Shown piece by piece: positions 1 through 8,090 of a stretch of 64,000 nucleotides of DNA. Below the pieces are notes generated by a model, which saw only the letters and a list, made by a program, of their open reading frames with translations, did no database searches and was not told the origin of the DNA. The stretch is taken from positions 1,204-65,203 of the forward strand of contig JAJDEN010000028.1 of the NCBI GenBank assembly GCA_029259775.1, in the 5' to 3' direction. This stretch comes from Planctomycetota bacterium (lineage in GTDB: Bacteria; Planctomycetota; PLA2; JAEUHO01). A program made the translations under genes and the position numbers. Numbering within the stretch: position 1 is the first letter of the stretch; the number at the start of each line of letters is the position of its first letter.

Positions 1-334
1 CGATGCCCGGCATGCGGCCCCGGTCGCGGCCCACGTGGGCGTAGGCGCCGCGGGCCAGATCCGCCCAGACGCGGCCGGACTTGAAGAGCTGATCGCCGTG
101 GAAACTGTCCTTCTGGCGGGCGTTCATACCCCAGACGACGACGCGCGAGTCCGGTCGAACGCCCCAGGCGCACGCCACGCCCTCCGGCACGGGGGTCGCG
201 AGGACCTGGCCGTCGAGCAAGGGCAGGTGCTCACCAAGCAGCAGCAGCCGCCCCGGCGCGAAATGCACGCCTTGCGGCGGACGCTTGCAGCGGCCGCCGA
301 ACTGCAGTTCGACCGTGGTCTTGAGCGAGGGCAC
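1..334 (-). CDS. GHMP-family sugar kinase, galactokinase-like, N-terminal fragment (gene continues past the left edge)
   Basis: My own minus-strand translation from the GTG at 332-334 gives [49 protein letters not shown]... The 'APGR-x-x-L-x-GEH' motif is the galactokinase/GHMP N-terminal signature. An in-frame TAG at 344-346 bounds the start. The ORF is open-ended, so it is absent from the ORF track. Confidence 0.5.
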   Translation of the reverse strand, partial: MPSLKTTVELQFGGRCKRPPQGVHFAPGRLLLLGEHLPLLDGQVLATPVPEGVACAWGVRPDSRVVVWGMNARQKDSFHGDQLFKSGRVWADLARGAYAHVGRDRGRMPGI

Positions 335-455
335 GCGGCCACTCTACGTGCCCCGGTCGCCGGGGACGGGCTCGCGTCGGGGAGTGTTGCAAGCACGATC
401 GCTCCCCGCGGTAGCGGCCCGTGCATCCATCGGGCCTGTGCTACCGTCTCCCGCC

Positions 456-1046
456 ATGAACGACTCCGATTCGCAATCTGAGGCATCCCCCGAGCTGATG
501 GGCCACGTCGAGGGCATCCTGCGTGGTGTGGGGGAGGACCCGGAGCGGGAAGGGCTCGTCCGGACACCGCTGCGCGTGGCCAAGAGCATGCGCTTCCTCA
601 CGGACGGCTACCGCATGGACGCCTCGGCCGTGCTGCACGGTGCTGTGTTCGAGAGCGATACCGATGAGATGGTGCTGGTGAAGGACATCGAGGTCTACAG
701 CCTCTGCGAGCACCACCTGCTTCCGTTCTTCGGCCGTGCGCATGTGGCCTACCTGCCGCGCGGCAAGATCGTCGGACTTAGCAAGCTGGCCCGCGTCGTG
801 GACGTCTTCTCACGCCGGCTGCAGGTGCAGGAGCGCCTCACGACCCAGATCGCGAACTCGATCCAGGATGCGCTGAATCCGCTCGGGGTGGGCGTGCTCG
901 TCGAGGCCCAGCACCTCTGCATGATGATGCGGGGTGTGGCCAAGCAAAACAGCAGCACGGTCACGTCGTGCATGCTGGGTCGCTTCCGCAGCGACATGAA
1001 GACGCGCAACGAGTTCCTGGAGCTCGTGCGACTCTCGCGGCGCTGA
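456..1046 (+). CDS. folE: GTP cyclohydrolase I (FolE type 1)
   Basis: ORF 285..1046. The sensible ATG is at 456 (MNDSDSQ...). Motifs '[14 protein letters not shown]' and '[12 protein letters not shown]' are typical of FolE. Confidence 0.93.
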   Translation: MNDSDSQSEASPELMGHVEGILRGVGEDPEREGLVRTPLRVAKSMRFLTDGYRMDASAVLHGAVFESDTDEMVLVKDIEVYSLCEHHLLPFFGRAHVAYLPRGKIVGLSKLARVVDVFSRRLQVQERLTTQIANSIQDALNPLGVGVLVEAQHLCMMMRGVAKQNSSTVTSCMLGRFRSDMKTRNEFLELVRLSRR

Positions 1047-1052
1047 TCGCCC

Positions 1053-1442
1053 CTAGAGATGCTGTCGGATGGCCGCGGTGACCGCGTCCGCGTCGGCCGG
1101 ATCCAGCGTGCCGCGCGGGGGGATCGGGAAGTCCTCGAGCTCGTTGGTCGGGATCAGGTGGATGTGCACGTGGGGGACTTCGTAGCCCATCACGCACGTC
1201 ACCACCCGCGCGCACTTCGTGGCGGTCTTCATCGCCTTCGCGATGACCTGGGCGCATGTCCAGAGCTCGGCCAGCTCGTCCGGCTCGAGATCGAAGAGCT
1301 GATCGACCTCGCGCTTCGGGATCACGAGCGTGTGACCGCGGGTGATCGGGTTGATGTCGAGGAACGCGAAGTGCTTGTCGTCCTCGTGGACCCGATGGCA
1401 GGGGATCTCACCGCGGACGATCATCGTGAAGATGCTGGCCAT
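1053..1442 (-). CDS. HIT (histidine triad) family nucleotide hydrolase/transferase
   Basis: ORF 1053..1442 with an ATG start. It carries the histidine triad 'HVHIHLIP' and has the typical ~130 aa length. Confidence 0.9.
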   Translation of the reverse strand: MASIFTMIVRGEIPCHRVHEDDKHFAFLDINPITRGHTLVIPKREVDQLFDLEPDELAELWTCAQVIAKAMKTATKCARVVTCVMGYEVPHVHIHLIPTNELEDFPIPPRGTLDPADADAVTAAIRQHL

Positions 1443-1500
1443 GCGCGGATCCTACGCGATTCCGGTGGGCCGTCCGTCCGGTACCTTTGAAGCCGGGCTC

Positions 1501-1935
1501 CTAGAAGGCGGGCGGGATCTGAAGCGTCACGTGCGGGACCGGCGTGCGCTCGCTGAAGCCCTTGTCGGCCGGGTGCCACCACGAGACGTCGTCCTCGCCG
1601 AGGCGCCACGAGAGGTACGCGGGCTCGCCGTCGATCAGCGTCGGGAAGTCCACCAGGCCCAGCTCGAGGTCGCGGACCTCGAGCCCCAGGTCCGAGAGCT
1701 CCCGCAGATAGCCCTCGATGCGAGCCGAGTAGCCACTCACCTTGTCCTTCAGCGCCTCGATGTGGAGCTGGGCATCACGGTTGCCGGCCGTCTCGACCTC
1801 GAGCGCCCGGCGCTCGCGGCCTGCGCCCCGCAACTCGCGGAAGTCGTTGACGACGTCCCGCACGATGGATCGGACCAACGGGAGCACCTGGTTGGATTCC
1901 TCGACCGTGAAAAGCGTACGAATGCCGGTACCCAT
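1501..1935 (-). CDS. DUF2203 family protein
   Basis: ORF 1501..2019, with the likely start at the internal Met (MGTGIRTLFTVEESNQVLP). The C-terminal 'GLVDFPTLIDGEPAYLSWRLGEDDVSWWH' matches my memory of the DUF2203 consensus. Confidence 0.65.
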   Translation of the reverse strand: MGTGIRTLFTVEESNQVLPLVRSIVRDVVNDFRELRGAGRERRALEVETAGNRDAQLHIEALKDKVSGYSARIEGYLRELSDLGLEVRDLELGLVDFPTLIDGEPAYLSWRLGEDDVSWWHPADKGFSERTPVPHVTLQIPPAF

Positions 1936-2122
1936 CAGCCGTTGCCCCTCCCAGGGCGTCCCCGTGTGGGGCTTTCCCTTGCTGCCTAGGAGTGGGGATC
2001 GGTCGGAAGGCGTGGCCATCTGAAGGACCCGCTTGGCTTCCCCAACCGGGGTGCGCTCCGGCGCGCGTGATTCGGGTCTCGCTCGGCCTCGTTCGTCACC
2101 ACTTCGTCATGCGCGGCGTGGA

Positions 2123-2959
2123 TCAGGCCTGCGGGGCCACCCGGACCTCGTCGCCGATCAGCTCGCGGAGCATGTGGCGAGCCAGGGCGACGGCTCCGAT
2201 CGGCGAGACGGCAGCGCCCTCCTCCGGCTGGCCGAGGCCGAGCAGGACGACGCCCCCGTCGAGCCGGACGCCCTCGAGCGGCATGCCCAGCCCGCGGAGC
2301 AGGGGGCCGACGCGGGCCAGGGTGATCCGCACGATCGGATCCAGGCCCTCATCCGGGGGCTCCCCTGCGCCGGCCGTCTCCTCGTGGATCAGGGCCAGGA
2401 CGTCCGGCCGGCAGGACCGGCAGCCCGTGCAGGCCTTCGACGCATCGCCGACCTCCTCAGGCGTGCCGGCCCCCGCTTGGATCACTGCGCGGATGGTCCG
2501 GTCGCCGACGCCCAGGCAGCGGCAGACCAGGATCCCGTCGCCTGTCGGGTCCGAGGGCGTTCCCTGCTGCGCGATACCGAGCGCCCGCCGGAGCGCCTTG
2601 ACCGCGAAGGCCGCGGCGCGCTGGACGGCTTCGGGCAGTTCGTGTGTGCCGCCGTCGCACAGGGCCGCGAGCACGCTGTCCGCCGTGTGGCTGCCTGCCT
2701 CGTCCCATGTCTGTCCCTCGACGCGGCTCGCGAGCCAGGAGAGCGGCGCCACCGGCGCGGCACTTCCGAATGCGCGGCCCGCGGCTCGGCAGATGCGCGC
2801 ATCGCCGTTGCTGCAGGCGTCGTAGGCGAGCGTCACCCGGACGCCGAGCCCCCCGACCATGCTGCCGACCTCGCCGGCGGCGTTGGCGCCGTCCACGTCG
2901 CCCATGCCATGGGGCGCGACGAGATGGTCGACGTAGGTCGCGGGCAGTTCGGGGATCAC
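2123..2959 (-). CDS. NifU-like three-domain protein: degenerate IscU-like domain, BFD-like [2Fe-2S] domain, degenerate NifU C-terminal domain
   Basis: ORF 2123..2959 with a GTG start. The central 'CRCLGV...ACTGCRSC' is a BFD-like 2Fe-2S four-Cys motif. The flanking regions align in order with the IscU and NifU-C domains but lack their cysteines. Confidence 0.7.
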   Translation of the reverse strand: MIPELPATYVDHLVAPHGMGDVDGANAAGEVGSMVGGLGVRVTLAYDACSNGDARICRAAGRAFGSAAPVAPLSWLASRVEGQTWDEAGSHTADSVLAALCDGGTHELPEAVQRAAAFAVKALRRALGIAQQGTPSDPTGDGILVCRCLGVGDRTIRAVIQAGAGTPEEVGDASKACTGCRSCRPDVLALIHEETAGAGEPPDEGLDPIVRITLARVGPLLRGLGMPLEGVRLDGGVVLLGLGQPEEGAAVSPIGAVALARHMLRELIGDEVRVAPQA

Positions 2960-2962
2960 CGG

Positions 2963-4399
2963 CTACGCGCTTCCGACCGTCACGGGAGGCGGAACCTCCG
3001 TCGGGAGGACCTTGCCGGGGTTGAGAATGCCCTTGGGATCGAATGCGTCCTTGATGGCGCGCATCGCGGCGATCGCCACGGCGTCGCGGCACATGGGCAG
3101 GTAGCGGCTCTGCGAGCAGCCGACGCCGTGTTCACCTGTGATCGTGCCGCCGAGACGTGTCGCGACTTCGAAGATCGCGAGCACCGCCGGACGCAGGGTG
3201 GCTTCGCGCACCGCGTGGTCCGGGTCGTTCGTGAGCACGTTGACGTGGATGTTGCCGTCACCGGCGTGCCCGTAGCTGATCTGCTTGATGCCGTACTCGG
3301 CCGCGACCTCGCGCACGCCGCGCAGCAGGTCCGGGACCCGGTCGGGAGGCACGGCCGTGTCGCACTCGATGTAGGCGGCTTGCTTCTTCACGGCCTCGCC
3401 CAGGCACTTGCGCACGGTCCACAGCTCCCGCGTCTTGGCGGGCGTGTCGGCCAGCATCGCGTCGAGGGCGCCGGCTTCGAGGAGCACTTCGCCGGCGCGC
3501 ATGAGCTCGCGGTCCACGGCCTCCTCGTCGTAGCCGTCGAGTTCGAGCAGGATCTGGGCCTCGGCGTCGCTGTAGGGCACAGCGCGGCCGAGGTGCTCTT
3601 CCGCCGCCGCGAGGGCGGCCTTCTCCACCAGCTCGAGGGCGGCCGGGATGATGCGCGACTGGTAGACCGCGACGATGGCCTTCGCGGCGGTGTCCAGGCT
3701 GTCGAAGGGCGCCAGGATCGTGCGACGCGTCGTGGGCATGGGGATCAAGCGCAGCGTCGCCTCGGTGACGATGGCGAGCGTGCCCTCGGAGCCTACGAGC
3801 AGCTGAGAGAGGTTGTAGCCGGCGACGTCCTTCTTGAGCTTGCCGCCCGTGCGGAAGACATCGCCGTTGGGCATGACGGCCTCGAGCGAAAGGACGTAGT
3901 CCTTCGTGAGGCCGTACTTCACGCAGTGCGGGCCGCCGGCGTTCTCGGCGATGTTGCCGCCGATCAGGCACGAGCCGTTGCTCGCCGGGTCCGGCGGGTA
4001 GTAGAGGCCGAGCTCCGCGACCTGGTCTTGGAGGACCCCCGTGATGACGCCCGGCTGGACGCGCGTCATCATGTTCATCTCGTCGATCTCGATGATCTCG
4101 TTCATCCGATCGATGCAGAGCACGATGCCGCCGAAGACGGGCAGCGCGCCGCCGGAGAGCCCCGTGCCGCCGCCTCGCGGCGTGACCGGCACGTTGTGCG
4201 TCCACGCGAGCTTCATGATCATCGAGACCTGCTCCGTGGAGTTGGGCCGCACGGCCACCTCCGGCAGGTACTGCAGGTCCTCGGTCTCATCACGGCCGTA
4301 GCGCAGGAGGTCCGGCTCGAGCGTGAGCACGTAGTCGGCGCCTACGATGGCCTCCAGGGCCGAGATGATGTCGGGCGTGACGGGCGCGAAGTCGGGCAT
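2963..4399 (-). CDS. FAD-linked oxidase, glycolate oxidase GlcD-like
   Basis: ORF 2963..4648. I chose the ATG at 4397-4399 (MPDFAPVTPDIISALEAIVG). Motifs 'VTPRGGGTGLSGGA', 'GEHGVG' and a C-terminal 'DPKGILNPGKV' support the family. A start at 4438 is also possible. Confidence 0.88.
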   Translation of the reverse strand: MPDFAPVTPDIISALEAIVGADYVLTLEPDLLRYGRDETEDLQYLPEVAVRPNSTEQVSMIMKLAWTHNVPVTPRGGGTGLSGGALPVFGGIVLCIDRMNEIIEIDEMNMMTRVQPGVITGVLQDQVAELGLYYPPDPASNGSCLIGGNIAENAGGPHCVKYGLTKDYVLSLEAVMPNGDVFRTGGKLKKDVAGYNLSQLLVGSEGTLAIVTEATLRLIPMPTTRRTILAPFDSLDTAAKAIVAVYQSRIIPAALELVEKAALAAAEEHLGRAVPYSDAEAQILLELDGYDEEAVDRELMRAGEVLLEAGALDAMLADTPAKTRELWTVRKCLGEAVKKQAAYIECDTAVPPDRVPDLLRGVREVAAEYGIKQISYGHAGDGNIHVNVLTNDPDHAVREATLRPAVLAIFEVATRLGGTITGEHGVGCSQSRYLPMCRDAVAIAAMRAIKDAFDPKGILNPGKVLPTEVPPPVTVGSA

Positions 4400-4508
4400 G
4401 CGGCCATCTTGGTCGCGCACGCGGACGGCGCTGGGCATTTTTCCCTGCGTTGGTCCCCCTTGCGCGGGCGTCCGCGCGGGCCCATCGTTGGCGGCGGAGG
4501 ACCGGCTC

Positions 4509-6716
4509 ATGAAGACCCTGCGCGTCGCGCTGCTCATCGTGCTCTTGGGCGCCTCGGCGGCCCTGGCCGAGGACGAGGCGCCGGCTTCCAAGAAGGCTCC
4601 CGAGAAGGCGCCCGATGCGTTCGCGGCAGCCCTGGACGCCATGGGCATCGCCGAGAAGGACCTCGGCTACCGTCCGAAGGCGCACTGGACCCGCTATCCG
4701 CACCCGAAGACCGTGCCCTACGTCATGCCGTTCTTCGAGGACCTGCTCGCTGCGCCGCTCGACACCTACGCCTTCACCCGCTTCCTGGGCAACGCGGTCG
4801 AGGATCTGCTGACGCCCGAGCTGCTGCGGGCCGTCCCGAAGGACACGAAGCGCGGCAAGGAGACGCTGTACAAGCTGGGCGTGATGCTCGCCACCGAGCG
4901 GCGCATCGGCGGCTTCCGCGTGTTCGGGATGGACACGTCGGGCTTGAAGGTGAAGCTCGATGCCGAGGAGCCGCTCAAGGTCGCGCTCGCCCGGATGCTG
5001 GGCGAGTCCGAGCTGCACCCGCCGAAGTCGATGCCGGACGTCAGCGACGTCCCGCGTCCGCTGCACGCGCCCCTCGGGCGTCTCGTGCTGGAGCTGTGGG
5101 ACGCGCGGACCTGGGTGGAGCGCGGCTTGCGACGTGTGAGCATCGAGCAGCGGGGCGCCGTGTTTCGCACGCTGCCTGAGCTCGCGACCAGCACGCCCGA
5201 CGGAACGAAGTACTTCCCGGTCATCGATGATGTCGCGCGGCTCATCGACGAGCACGCGCTGCACTACGGCTGCTTGAAGGCACTGCAGGCCGTGCAGAAC
5301 GCGCGGCGGGCGATCGGCGCCGTCAAGCGGCCCAAGGACGGGTGGCCGGAGTTCGACATCTGGATCGAGACGGCCTGGGGGACGATCCTCTTCGAGAACA
5401 ACGAGTCCGGTGGGGCGGGGGGCGTCATCGAGGACCCGTTCCTCATCGTCCGCTTCGCCGGTGGGGCCAGCGGCGGCGGTCCGCTGGGCGCCACGGCACC
5501 GAACCGCTCGATGTCCGTTGCGCTGTTGCTCGACACCCAGGGCGTCGTCGGAACGAACGGGAAGGGGGAGCACGCGCATCGCGGCCACCTGGCCTCGGGC
5601 ATCCTCGGCTGCGGCATCGTCTATGCGGCGGGCGAGGGCAATCACGAGTACCACACCGACCACTGGGGCATGGGCGCGGGCTTGTTCGGCTTGGGCGCGC
5701 TCATCGACGAGGGCGGCAACGACACCTACCGGATGGCGTCGGTGGGCCAGGGCGGCGCGTTCTTCGGCGCGGGGCTGCTGCTTGACGCGGCAGGTGACGA
5801 CAAGTACGTCCTGCGCGAGGGCGACGGCCAGGGCTTCGGTGGACCGGGCGGGATCGGCATCCTGGCCGACCGCAGCGGCAACGACAGCTACTACGCGGAG
5901 CCGGACGCGAAGAAGGCCGGCCGCGCCGACTACCACTCGAAGGACAAAATCGCGGTCAGCAACGCGATGGGCTGCGGCTCGGGCCGCCGCGGCGACATCA
6001 GCGACGGGCACGTGTGGGCGGGCGGCTTGGGCGCGTTGATCGACGTCGAGGGCAACGACCGCTACGAGGCGGGCAACTTCTCGATGGGTCTGGGCTATTG
6101 GTATGGCACGGGGCTGATGTGGGACGGTGGCGGCGATGACGTCTACCGCAGCGTCTACTTCACGCAAGGCTCGGGGGCGCACTTCGCGATCGGCGCGCTG
6201 ATCGATGAAGGCGGCAACGATCGCCACGAGCTGCATGAGACGGCAGGCGCGGCGCTGGCGTTCGGGTGGGACGTGGTGAACGCGTTCCTGATCGACCGGG
6301 GCACGGGGAACGACTACTACGAGGCGGACCTGATCTCGGTGGGGGTGGCGGAGGTCCGCAGCAATGCGTTCTTCATCGACGAGGGGGGGGACGACACGTA
6401 CGTCGTGCGGCCCGGCGGCATCTTCCTCGGCGGCGTCGATGACCGCGCGTCCTACAAGAAGCCTGGCCGGACGTCGGACTTCCCGTGGCGTATGGGGCAG
6501 GTGGCGGTGTTCCTCGACCTCGGGGGCAAGGACAAGTACCTGGAGCGCAAGGACCGCAAGGCGAAGCCGGTCGTCGGCAAGCGTGGCGGTGATGGGGCGA
6601 CGTGGGGAGTGCGCAAGCGTGATCCGTCATTGAAGGCGGCGCCCAACGTGGCGATCGGCCGCGATGTCGACAAAGGCCGCATCGGTTGGCTGGACGCGTT
6701 CCCGCGGAGGAAGTGA
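4509..6716 (+). CDS. Secreted repeat protein of unknown function (at least 9 'D-x-x-G-(N/D)-D-x-Y' repeats, predicted beta-solenoid)
   Basis: ORF 4347..6716. The ATG at 4509 gives a signal peptide, MKTLRVALLIVLLGASAALA. The C-terminal half repeats LIDEGGNDTY / LLDAAGDDKY / LADRSGNDSY / LIDVEGNDRY / WDGGGDDVY / LIDEGGNDRH / LIDRGTGNDYY / FIDEGGDDTY / LDLGGKDKY. Confidence 0.75.
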   Translation: MKTLRVALLIVLLGASAALAEDEAPASKKAPEKAPDAFAAALDAMGIAEKDLGYRPKAHWTRYPHPKTVPYVMPFFEDLLAAPLDTYAFTRFLGNAVEDLLTPELLRAVPKDTKRGKETLYKLGVMLATERRIGGFRVFGMDTSGLKVKLDAEEPLKVALARMLGESELHPPKSMPDVSDVPRPLHAPLGRLVLELWDARTWVERGLRRVSIEQRGAVFRTLPELATSTPDGTKYFPVIDDVARLIDEHALHYGCLKALQAVQNARRAIGAVKRPKDGWPEFDIWIETAWGTILFENNESGGAGGVIEDPFLIVRFAGGASGGGPLGATAPNRSMSVALLLDTQGVVGTNGKGEHAHRGHLASGILGCGIVYAAGEGNHEYHTDHWGMGAGLFGLGALIDEGGNDTYRMASVGQGGAFFGAGLLLDAAGDDKYVLREGDGQGFGGPGGIGILADRSGNDSYYAEPDAKKAGRADYHSKDKIAVSNAMGCGSGRRGDISDGHVWAGGLGALIDVEGNDRYEAGNFSMGLGYWYGTGLMWDGGGDDVYRSVYFTQGSGAHFAIGALIDEGGNDRHELHETAGAALAFGWDVVNAFLIDRGTGNDYYEADLISVGVAEVRSNAFFIDEGGDDTYVVRPGGIFLGGVDDRASYKKPGRTSDFPWRMGQVAVFLDLGGKDKYLERKDRKAKPVVGKRGGDGATWGVRKRDPSLKAAPNVAIGRDVDKGRIGWLDAFPRRK

Positions 6717-6811
6717 CGACCCGCGTCACGGTGACGGGGGCAGCCACCCGGTTGTCCTGCTCCGCAGGCCAACCTCGGGTTGCCCGTACAGGACCCCGGA
6801 CAAGAACAGCT

Positions 6812-6858
6812 GTAGGGGCGACCCGAGGCGGCGCGCAGCGCCGCCGGGTGGACGCCCC
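6812..6858. repeat. GC-rich imperfect palindrome (REP-like hairpin and/or terminator) 3 nt downstream of the RAYT stop codon
   Basis: Sequence gtaggggcgacccgaggcggcgcgcagcgccgccgggtggacgcccc. It folds as an 8-bp core stem (ggcggcgc/gcgccgcc), a 4-bp stem (accc/gggt) and a 6-bp stem (ggggcg/cgcccc). Confidence 0.45.
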
Positions 6859-6860
6859 GA

Positions 6861-7301
6861 TCACCCCGTTGCGTCCGGGTTCTCAGGGTCCTCATGCCAG
6901 CGTCGGGGATTGCGCGCGATGTAGCCCTGGGCATGAGCCAGGTCATCGTCGTCTCGGATGACCCGCTCGTAGAAGTTGCGGTGCCACAGCCTCTTGTCGA
7001 ATCGCGGCCACGAGTGGGACCGCACGCGCTGGGCGTACAGCGTCGTAGTGGTGGACTTCCACCAGGGGAGGACCTGTCCAAGCGTCGCCCGCTCCAGGCT
7101 CCCGTCTGCGGGCTCGCGGAAGCGCAGGATTGCATGAATGTGGTTCGGCATGATCACGAGGGCGTCCAACTCCACGTGGCGGAATCGCCTCGGGATGTCG
7201 AGCCACACGCGCTCGACCATGCGGCCGGCCGGACTGAGGACTACGCGTCCTCCAACGACGTCCCCGAGCAGGCACCGCTTCCCCTGCACACACACGGTCA
7301 C
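6861..7301 (-). CDS. REP-associated tyrosine transposase (RAYT, IS200/Y1 HUH family); the conserved N-terminus lies upstream of the only available start codon
   Basis: ORF 6861..7301, starting at a GTG. It has the HUH motif 'IMPNHIHAIL' and 'FYERVIRDDDDLAHAQGYIARNP' with the catalytic-Tyr region. Homology continues through codons 7302-7355 (RRSVRWRGFNYAAPRAYY), a stretch that contains no ATG/GTG/TTG/CTG. Confidence 0.8.
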   Translation of the reverse strand: MTVCVQGKRCLLGDVVGGRVVLSPAGRMVERVWLDIPRRFRHVELDALVIMPNHIHAILRFREPADGSLERATLGQVLPWWKSTTTTLYAQRVRSHSWPRFDKRLWHRNFYERVIRDDDDLAHAQGYIARNPRRWHEDPENPDATG

Positions 7302-7400
7302 GTAGTACGCCCGGGGCGCCGCGTAGTTGAACCCGCGCCAGCGGACCGATCGCCTGCCTCGTCGTTCCCTGCACCCACATCGCGCGCGGACGCATTCCCG

Positions 7401-8090
7401 TCACACCACCGCCGACGGGCAATCCTTCGCCAACGGGCACTCGCCGCACCGGGGGCGGCGGGCGATGCACACCTGCCGGCCGTGATGGATCAACATGTGG
7501 CTCAGGTCGATCCACACCTCCTCCGGATGCAACGCCACGAGATCCCGCTCGACCTGCTCCGGCGCTGTGCGCTTCGTCCAACCCAGCAACGCGCTGATGC
7601 GCTTCACATGCGTGTCCACGACCACACCGTCCGCCAGGCCCCAGATCACCCCGCGCACCACGTTCGCGGTCTTGCGCGCTACGCCCGGCAGCGTCAGCAG
7701 GTCGTCCATCGCCTGCGGGATCTCACCTCCGTACACCTCGCCCACGCGCTCGGCCATGCCCTGCAGGCTCTTCGCCTTGTTGCGGAAGAAGCCCGTGCTG
7801 TGGACCGCGTCCTCCAGCTCCGCCATCGGCGCACGCGCCATCGCCGCCGGCGTCGGCCACCGCTGGAACAGCTCCGGCGTCACCATGTTCACGCGCTCGT
7901 CCGTGCACTGCGCGCTCAGGATCGTTGCCGCCGTCAACTCGAACGCATTGCGGTGCGTCAGCGCGCACTCCACGTCCGGGTAGGTCTCGTAGAGCCGCTG
8001 CACCACGCGCGCGGCCCGCATGCGCTGCTCCCGCGTGTACCGCCGCGGCCGGTAGCCACGCTTCTTCGCCGCCTTCTTCTTCGCGGCCAT
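7401..8090 (-). CDS. nth: Endonuclease III (DNA glycosylase/AP lyase)
   Basis: ORF 7401..8090. It has an HhH-GPD region 'LLTLPGVARKTANVV', the catalytic 'VDTHV' and a C-terminal 4Fe-4S motif 'C-x6-C-x2-C-x5-C' (CIARRPRCGECPLAKDC). Confidence 0.95.
   Translation of the reverse strand: MAAKKKAAKKRGYRPRRYTREQRMRAARVVQRLYETYPDVECALTHRNAFELTAATILSAQCTDERVNMVTPELFQRWPTPAAMARAPMAELEDAVHSTGFFRNKAKSLQGMAERVGEVYGGEIPQAMDDLLTLPGVARKTANVVRGVIWGLADGVVVDTHVKRISALLGWTKRTAPEQVERDLVALHPEEVWIDLSHMLIHHGRQVCIARRPRCGECPLAKDCPSAVV

Noticed and set aside
2033-5179. 1048-aa plus-strand ORF, the longest in the track.
   Set aside because: Its composition is extremely Arg/Ala/Gly/Asp-rich and it has no motifs. It runs antisense to the well-supported NifU-like and GlcD-like genes and out of frame over the 4509 gene. 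This is a typical high-GC shadow ORF.
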